Assembly (NCBI GenBank): GCA_963422735.1
Contig: OY730476.1
Span: 4,576,001-4,640,000, forward strand
Source: Candidatus Latescibacterota bacterium
GTDB taxonomy: Bacteria > Latescibacterota > UBA2968 > UBA8231
Direction of reading: 5' to 3'
Length of the DNA: 64,000 nt
The notes under the pieces were generated by a model, which had not been told where the DNA came from, did not search any database, and saw nothing but the letters and a program-made list of their open reading frames with translations. Made by a program: the position numbers and the translations under genes. Below are positions 58,648 through 64,000 of this stretch, piece after piece; within the stretch, counting starts at the first letter, position 1, and the number at the start of each line of letters is the position of its first letter.

Positions 58648-59334
58648 ATGGGGGTTGACGTGCTCTTTTGCGCCGTGGTTTTGGGCGTTTTGGTGCTTTC
58701 GGTGTTGGCTGTGTGCGCCGCTGCCCAGCGAGCAGGACAGGCCGCGGACCTGTGGACGATGCGGGCGGCTGTCGGAGCCGTGCTCTGGTTGGTGGCAACC
58801 GGGTTGGCCGCGCTTTCGGGCACCCTGAGCAGCTTTTCGCTACCCCTCTTCGCGGCCTTGATGGTCCTGACCGGCGGCGCGGCCTTTTCGCGGGTGGGGG
58901 CCGCGCTGATGGCCGCGGTCGGCCCGGTCGGGTTGATTGGCTTCCAGTTTTTCCGCGTGCCGGTCGCCGTGTTCCTCCAAGGGATGTACCAAGCCGGGCA
59001 GGCACCGGTGCAGATAACCTACGAGGGGCTCAACTTCGACATCTTCGCCGGCTTGACCGCACCAGCCATGGCTTGGCTGGTCTGGCGCGGCAAGGTGGGA
59101 TCCTACGCGATATGGGCTTGGAATGCGTTTGGGCTAGTGCTACTGGCCGAGGCGATCGTCATCGCAGTCCTCTCTATGCCGACGGAGTTCCGCGTCTTCA
59201 CCAACGAGCCGACTAGCATGTTCGCGACCTACGCACCCTATATCTGGCTGCCGACAGTCTTGGCACCAGCCGCCCTATTGGGTCATTTGTTAGTATTGCG
59301 CTGGCTGTTGTCGAGTTGCTCCGGGTCGAGGTAA
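58648..59334 (+). CDS. Hypothetical multi-pass membrane protein
   Basis: TAAGGAGG RBS, about 7 TM helices, NFDI, WN motifs. Confidence 0.75.
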   Translation: MGVDVLFCAVVLGVLVLSVLAVCAAAQRAGQAADLWTMRAAVGAVLWLVATGLAALSGTLSSFSLPLFAALMVLTGGAAFSRVGAALMAAVGPVGLIGFQFFRVPVAVFLQGMYQAGQAPVQITYEGLNFDIFAGLTAPAMAWLVWRGKVGSYAIWAWNAFGLVLLAEAIVIAVLSMPTEFRVFTNEPTSMFATYAPYIWLPTVLAPAALLGHLLVLRWLLSSCSGSR

Positions 59335-60815
59335 TCCATGGCCGGATCGAGTTTCCAGCGGCACTGGTCGGAAGGCTGTACGGTGCGGCCCCACGCGGTT
59401 AGGATGGAGCGATCGGCGCGGAGCGCGGCCATGCGTGCGGCGATCCACTCCGGGTCCCATCCGTCTAGGACTTCGGCTTTGAGCGTGGCCAAGATGTCTT
59501 GGTGTGCCGGGTCGGCTGCTAGGTCGCAGCGCTCGCGCGGGTCGGCTTGGAGGTCGAAAAGCTGGCAGGGCTGGCCGTGGTAGTAGTTGAGCTTCCACGG
59601 CCCGCGCCGAATCATGCGCTGGAAAATGCCCTCTTGTGAGAAGGGGCCGCCGGCCCCGGCCGCGTCTTGGCAGAACTCGGAGAAGGCGACGTCATCCCAC
59701 TCGGCGTTTTTTGGATTCGCGAGCAAGGGCAGTAGGCTGCGGCCTTGCGAGTTGGGTAGGGCCGGGCAGCCCAAGGCGTCGAGCATGGTCGCGTTGAGGT
59801 CGAGTGAAGAAATCACCCGTTCGCAACGGATCCCTGCGGGCAAGTGCCCAGGCCAAGCGAGTATGGCCGGGACCTTAACCGAGTCCTCGTAAAAGGTCTG
59901 CTTCCACCACAGCCCGTGCTCGCCGACCTGCTCGCCGTGATCAGACGTATAGAGGACGAGGGTGTTTTCCTCCAAGCCGTTTTTCCGCAGTGCGGCTACG
60001 ATCTGGCCGATTAGCGCGTCCATGCGGTGGACTAGTGCCCAATAGGCGGCGCGGGCGCGGCGAGCTTCTTCCGCGCTGACTTCCTCGATATCGCAGGCTT
60101 GGCGCCAGCACTTGATGTGGGGGTGTAGGTGGTCGCCGAAGGGTTCGGGGGTTTGCGGTGGGGTGATGTTTTCATAGTAGTAGCGATAGTCTTGCAAGCG
60201 GGCGACAAAGGGCTGATGCGGCAGCATGAAACCGACCGAGAGCGAGAATGGCTCAGCGGCTTGGCCGGCGCGTTTGGCGGCGCCAAGGCGGTTGAGGTAG
60301 TCAACGGTCGCGGCAGTGACGTCTTCGTCGTGGACTTGATAGGCGCTCTGGCCGTGGCCGGACAGGCGCAGGCTGACGCGGCTCGGCCCGGCCGTGCCCG
60401 CGAGCTGACCGTGATCGACGCCTGTGCCCCCGGGCTGGTTGGGGCCGTGATCGCCGACGAGCCGCTCTGCGTACCCGTGTAGCTGGTCCGGCCCAACCGA
60501 GTGCATGCGGCCGACGAGCGCGGGGCGGTAGCCGCCCGCGCCCATGGCGTGGGCGAAGGTGGGGATGCCGGAGTCGAGGATGTGGGTGTTGGTCCAGACT
60601 TGGTTGTCGCAGGGGTAGCGGCCCGAGAGCATGGACATCCGCGAGGGTACGCAAATAGGCGAGGGGCAATAGGTGTTGTCGAACACCACGCCGCGCGCGG
60701 CGAGGGCATCGAGGTGGGGGGTCTCGACTAAGGGATCGCCATAGCAGCCGGCGACGTAGGGGCTGTGTTGGTCGGAGTGGATGTAGAGCAGGTTGGGGCG
60801 GGGTGCTTGGCTCAT
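59283..60815 (-). CDS. Sulfatase (choline-sulfatase-like)
   Basis: SDQH, CVPSRMSMLSG, GRMH.VGPDQLHG, TSDHG. Confidence 0.92.
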   Translation of the reverse strand: MSQAPRPNLLYIHSDQHSPYVAGCYGDPLVETPHLDALAARGVVFDNTYCPSPICVPSRMSMLSGRYPCDNQVWTNTHILDSGIPTFAHAMGAGGYRPALVGRMHSVGPDQLHGYAERLVGDHGPNQPGGTGVDHGQLAGTAGPSRVSLRLSGHGQSAYQVHDEDVTAATVDYLNRLGAAKRAGQAAEPFSLSVGFMLPHQPFVARLQDYRYYYENITPPQTPEPFGDHLHPHIKCWRQACDIEEVSAEEARRARAAYWALVHRMDALIGQIVAALRKNGLEENTLVLYTSDHGEQVGEHGLWWKQTFYEDSVKVPAILAWPGHLPAGIRCERVISSLDLNATMLDALGCPALPNSQGRSLLPLLANPKNAEWDDVAFSEFCQDAAGAGGPFSQEGIFQRMIRRGPWKLNYYHGQPCQLFDLQADPRERCDLAADPAHQDILATLKAEVLDGWDPEWIAARMAALRADRSILTAWGRTVQPSDQCRWKLDPAMDYLDPEQLDNSQRNTNK

Positions 60816-60959
60816 AATGGTCCTTGTCGGTTAGGCGGCGTGCGCGACAAGGTACGCGGCTGGTCGGGGGTGAGCAAGATGAGCGGAGCAGGTTTTTCTC
60901 GCGCTGCTGACTTGTGTACGTTTTTTTGAGCAGCGAACTGCGAGCGATGGAGATTGGGT

Positions 60960-61763
60960 ATGCAAACCAAAAAAGCTGCCAAGCGGGCGAAGGTGAAGAG
61001 GAAGAACTACGAGCGCGAATTGGCCAAGTTGCACTACGAACTGGTCAAGTTGCAGCACTGGATCAAGGACCAGGGCTTGAGGGTGGTGATCGTCTTTGAG
61101 GGGCGCGACACGGCCGGTAAAGGCGGGATCATCAAGCGCATCACCGAGCCGCTCAATCCGCGCGGTGCGCGCGTGGTGGCCTTGGGTACGCCGTCGGACC
61201 GCGAGCGCACCCAATGGTACTTCCAGCGCTACGTGGCTCACCTGCCGGCCGCGGGCGAGATCGTGATTTTCGACCGCAGTTGGTACAACCGCAGCGGGGT
61301 CGAGCGGGTGTTGGGCTTTTGCACCGAGGAGGAGTATTGGGAGTTTCTCCACTCGTGCCCGGAGTTTGAGCGCATGCTAGTGCGCTCGGGGATAATCCTG
61401 CTCAAGTACTGGCTCTCGGTGAGCGAGGAAGAGCAAGAAAGCCGCTTTCAGGAGCGCGCTCGGAATCCGCTTAAGCACTGGAAGCTCAGCGATATGGACC
61501 TCAAATCGCGGAACCTGTGGGTAGAGTACTCCAAGGCCAAAGACGAGGCGTTTTTTTACACGGATATTCCCGAAGCTCCTTGGTACACGGTCGAGGCCGA
61601 CGACAAGCGCCGGGCGCGTCTCAACTGCATCGCGCACATCCTCAGCCAACTGCCCCACGAAGACGTGATGCCGCAAAAGATCAAGCTGCCGCCGCGCCCG
61701 CCCCACGGCGAGTACCAGCGCCCTCCTCACAGCAAGTTGCACTTTGTCGATGAGAAGTACTGA
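60960..61763 (+). CDS. ppk2: Polyphosphate kinase 2
   Basis: FEGRDTAGKGG, QWYFQRY, FDRSWYNR, WKLS, KRRARLN. Confidence 0.96.
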   Translation: MQTKKAAKRAKVKRKNYERELAKLHYELVKLQHWIKDQGLRVVIVFEGRDTAGKGGIIKRITEPLNPRGARVVALGTPSDRERTQWYFQRYVAHLPAAGEIVIFDRSWYNRSGVERVLGFCTEEEYWEFLHSCPEFERMLVRSGIILLKYWLSVSEEEQESRFQERARNPLKHWKLSDMDLKSRNLWVEYSKAKDEAFFYTDIPEAPWYTVEADDKRRARLNCIAHILSQLPHEDVMPQKIKLPPRPPHGEYQRPPHSKLHFVDEKY

Positions 61764-61814
61764 AAAGCGGTTTTGAAATTCTCGATGTGTCCCAAGTGCA
61801 AGCGATGAGACGCC

Positions 61815-62513
61815 ATGTCTGAGTTTGAGTTTCTCGGCCTTCCCCACATCGCCGCGATGGGTGTAACGCTCGCCTTGCCGATCCTCTTGACCATTGCCGT
61901 CAAGCGGCTCCGTTCAGCCAAGGCGACCCGAGCCCTCTGTAGCGCATTCGCGGGTGTGCTCTTGCTCAACGAGCTCCTGTACTGGAGCCAGCGCTTGGCA
62001 ACGGTCGGGGCGCACGAGTTCGTGCGGTTGCACCTGCCGTTGCACATCTGTGGCATCACCGTATTCGCGGTCGCTGCCGCGCTCGTCTTCCGCTGCCGCA
62101 CGGCGTACGAAATCGCGTACTTCTGGGGGCTGGTCGGCGCAACCAACGCCGTCGTCACGCCTCAGATCGAGGCTGGCTATCCAGCGTATCGCTTCTTTCA
62201 ATATTTCATCGCGCACGGCGGCATCGTCGCCGGCGCGCTATTCGCAACTTGGGGTCTCGGCATGCGGCCGACGGCCAAGTCAGTCCTCCGCGTATTCGCG
62301 TTGCTCAACCTCCTCGCCCTTGTCGCGCTTGGCGTCAATCGGGTGTTGGGGAGCAACTACATGTTCCTCAGCCAACCACCCGTTACCCAGTCGCCGTTTT
62401 TCTTTGCCCCGTGGCCGTGGTATATCCCAATCCTCGACGGCGTGGCGCTCATTTTCTTTTACGCGCTATTCATACCCTTCTTTAAGATCGGGCGCAGAGG
62501 AGACGGCTCGTGA
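61815..62513 (+). CDS. YwaF/TIGR02206-like membrane protein
   Basis: LPLHIC, YFWG, TP, H, NYMFL, PWPWY. Confidence 0.8.
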   Translation: MSEFEFLGLPHIAAMGVTLALPILLTIAVKRLRSAKATRALCSAFAGVLLLNELLYWSQRLATVGAHEFVRLHLPLHICGITVFAVAAALVFRCRTAYEIAYFWGLVGATNAVVTPQIEAGYPAYRFFQYFIAHGGIVAGALFATWGLGMRPTAKSVLRVFALLNLLALVALGVNRVLGSNYMFLSQPPVTQSPFFFAPWPWYIPILDGVALIFFYALFIPFFKIGRRGDGS

Positions 62514-62571
62514 GCGCCAACAACGCCTTCTCCTCGAGGGGCGGGTGGAAATCGGGCCCTTTTAGATTACC

Positions 62572-64000
62572 ATGAAAGCATCTCGCAAAAAAAAGAAGGC
62601 TGCGCCCCAAAAATCCGAGCAGCAGGATCTCAAAGCGGACCTAGGCACGCACGTAGTCGAGTTATTGGAAACGCCTTGGGCGCAGTGCGGTATTCCCCTC
62701 TTTATCGTCGTGGCGACATTCCTCTTGGGGATCTGGACCTTCGACGACAAACTTTCCCTCAGCGGCGACAACGCCGAATTCATCACGTTGGCGCGCAGCT
62801 TGGCTCAAGGAGAAGGGCTTTTGCACATCAACTCGCCCGATCCGCAGCCAGCGACCAAGTACCCTTTTGGCTTTCCCCTTTTGCTGGCTCCTCTGGCGTG
62901 GGCTTTTCCCGGCGATTGGGTGCCGATGAAAGCTTGGGTGCTGGTGCTTTTTGCACTGGGGATGGGGGTGCTCTACCAATTGGCCAAGGAGCGGGTGGGT
63001 GCTGTGGCCGGCCTAGCGGTGGTGGTGCTGAGCGTTGTGCTCGGCAAGAGCTATTTGACGCACGGCCCGACCGGCGCCGCCTACGGCCCGCTGCTTTTGC
63101 ACTACGCACACCAAGTCATGTCCGAAGTGCCCTATCTGACCTTTTCGCTTTTGGCCCTGTGGCTTGTCGAACAGGGCGTCGGGCGCGAGGGCCTCAAGGG
63201 GAACTGGTGGCTCGTCGGCGGGTTCGCTTGCACCATTTGGGCGTACTACATTCGCACGGCTGGGATCGCGCTAGTAGCGGCTGTGGTAGTCTATCTGTTG
63301 CTCCGGCGCGATTTCCGGCGGTGTCTATTCTTTGGCGGCGCGGCGTTTGTCTGCTGGCTGCCGTGGACATTGCGCAATCAGGCGGTGGGCGGTGGTGGCG
63401 TCTATATCAAGCAGCTCTTCATGGTCAATCCCTACTACCCAGAGCGGGGCCTACTCGACGTGGGCGGTTTTGTCGAGCGCTTTATCGGCCATACGCATCG
63501 CTATCTGACGCGGGAATTGCCCAATACCTTGGTGCCTTTTTTTGATGGCACCGAGACGATTCTTCATCCCGCGCCCTTGTTGCTGATTGCGCTCGCCGTT
63601 GCCGCGACAGTCCTTTGCATCAAGCGCGGCGAACATCTGTTGATCTTGCTCTACGCAGCCTTCTTCATGGGTATCGCGTTGCTCTGGCCCTGGCCGGGGG
63701 ATCGCTTTCTGGGGCCTATTGTGTCGGTACTCGTCTTGTTGGGGGTCTGGACCGTTTTGCAAATCCGCGATGGCCTGGCCGGGGGCATTATGGGCAGGCT
63801 CGTGGTGTGGGGTTGCCTTCTCGCCTGCGTCATCGGCCAAGCTGGCGGCGTCAAGCGCCTAGCCGACTACGCTGCCGCTGACTACCCTCCGCCTTGGCTC
63901 GGCTACTACCAAGCGGGTCAATGGCTTAAAGCCAACGCGCCGGCAGACGCCATCGTGCTGTGCCGCAAGGGCTACTGGATGTACATCGTCTCGGGCCGGC
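62572..64000 (+). CDS. GT-C (ArnT/GT39-like) membrane glycosyltransferase, truncated by the window end
   Basis: Open from ATG 62572 to the end: GDNAEFITLARSL, KYPFGFPLLL, MSEVPY, YYIRTAG, many TM helices. Absent from the ORF track because it has no stop. Confidence 0.75.
   Translation, partial: MKASRKKKKAAPQKSEQQDLKADLGTHVVELLETPWAQCGIPLFIVVATFLLGIWTFDDKLSLSGDNAEFITLARSLAQGEGLLHINSPDPQPATKYPFGFPLLLAPLAWAFPGDWVPMKAWVLVLFALGMGVLYQLAKERVGAVAGLAVVVLSVVLGKSYLTHGPTGAAYGPLLLHYAHQVMSEVPYLTFSLLALWLVEQGVGREGLKGNWWLVGGFACTIWAYYIRTAGIALVAAVVVYLLLRRDFRRCLFFGGAAFVCWLPWTLRNQAVGGGGVYIKQLFMVNPYYPERGLLDVGGFVERFIGHTHRYLTRELPNTLVPFFDGTETILHPAPLLLIALAVAATVLCIKRGEHLLILLYAAFFMGIALLWPWPGDRFLGPIVSVLVLLGVWTVLQIRDGLAGGIMGRLVVWGCLLACVIGQAGGVKRLADYAAADYPPPWLGYYQAGQWLKANAPADAIVLCRKGYWMYIVSGR

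Overview
GC-rich bacterial chromosomal segment with about 55 intact genes. The many sulfatases, PhyH dioxygenases, aldo/keto reductases and NHL/TPR/ASH-repeat proteins suggest a Latescibacterota/Gemmatimonadota/Poribacteria-like organism, possibly sponge-associated; this is inference only. The left half is mostly catabolic, including a tightly coupled operon UxuA-like, PhyH, PhyH, sulfatase, phosphodiesterase, Zn-ADH, KduD. The right half is mostly housekeeping: rsfS-mtnA-SPOR-mltD-mreD-mrdA-rodA (without mreBC), an orphan parA, mazG and ppk2. Short accessory cassettes, often lower in GC, sit between these genes and are almost all decayed: Fic, MNT-HEPN interrupted by DUF4160-DUF2442, HicBA, GxxExxY with inverted repeats, a BglII-like RM system with a deleted endonuclease, TlpA and lipoprotein remnants. 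A heptamer-based (CCACTAA) dispersed repeat family and a divergent archaeal-looking RsmA are also present. I saw no rRNA, tRNA, CRISPR array, integrase or intact transposase, and no clearly new system is proven. All family calls come from motif recognition, not database searches.
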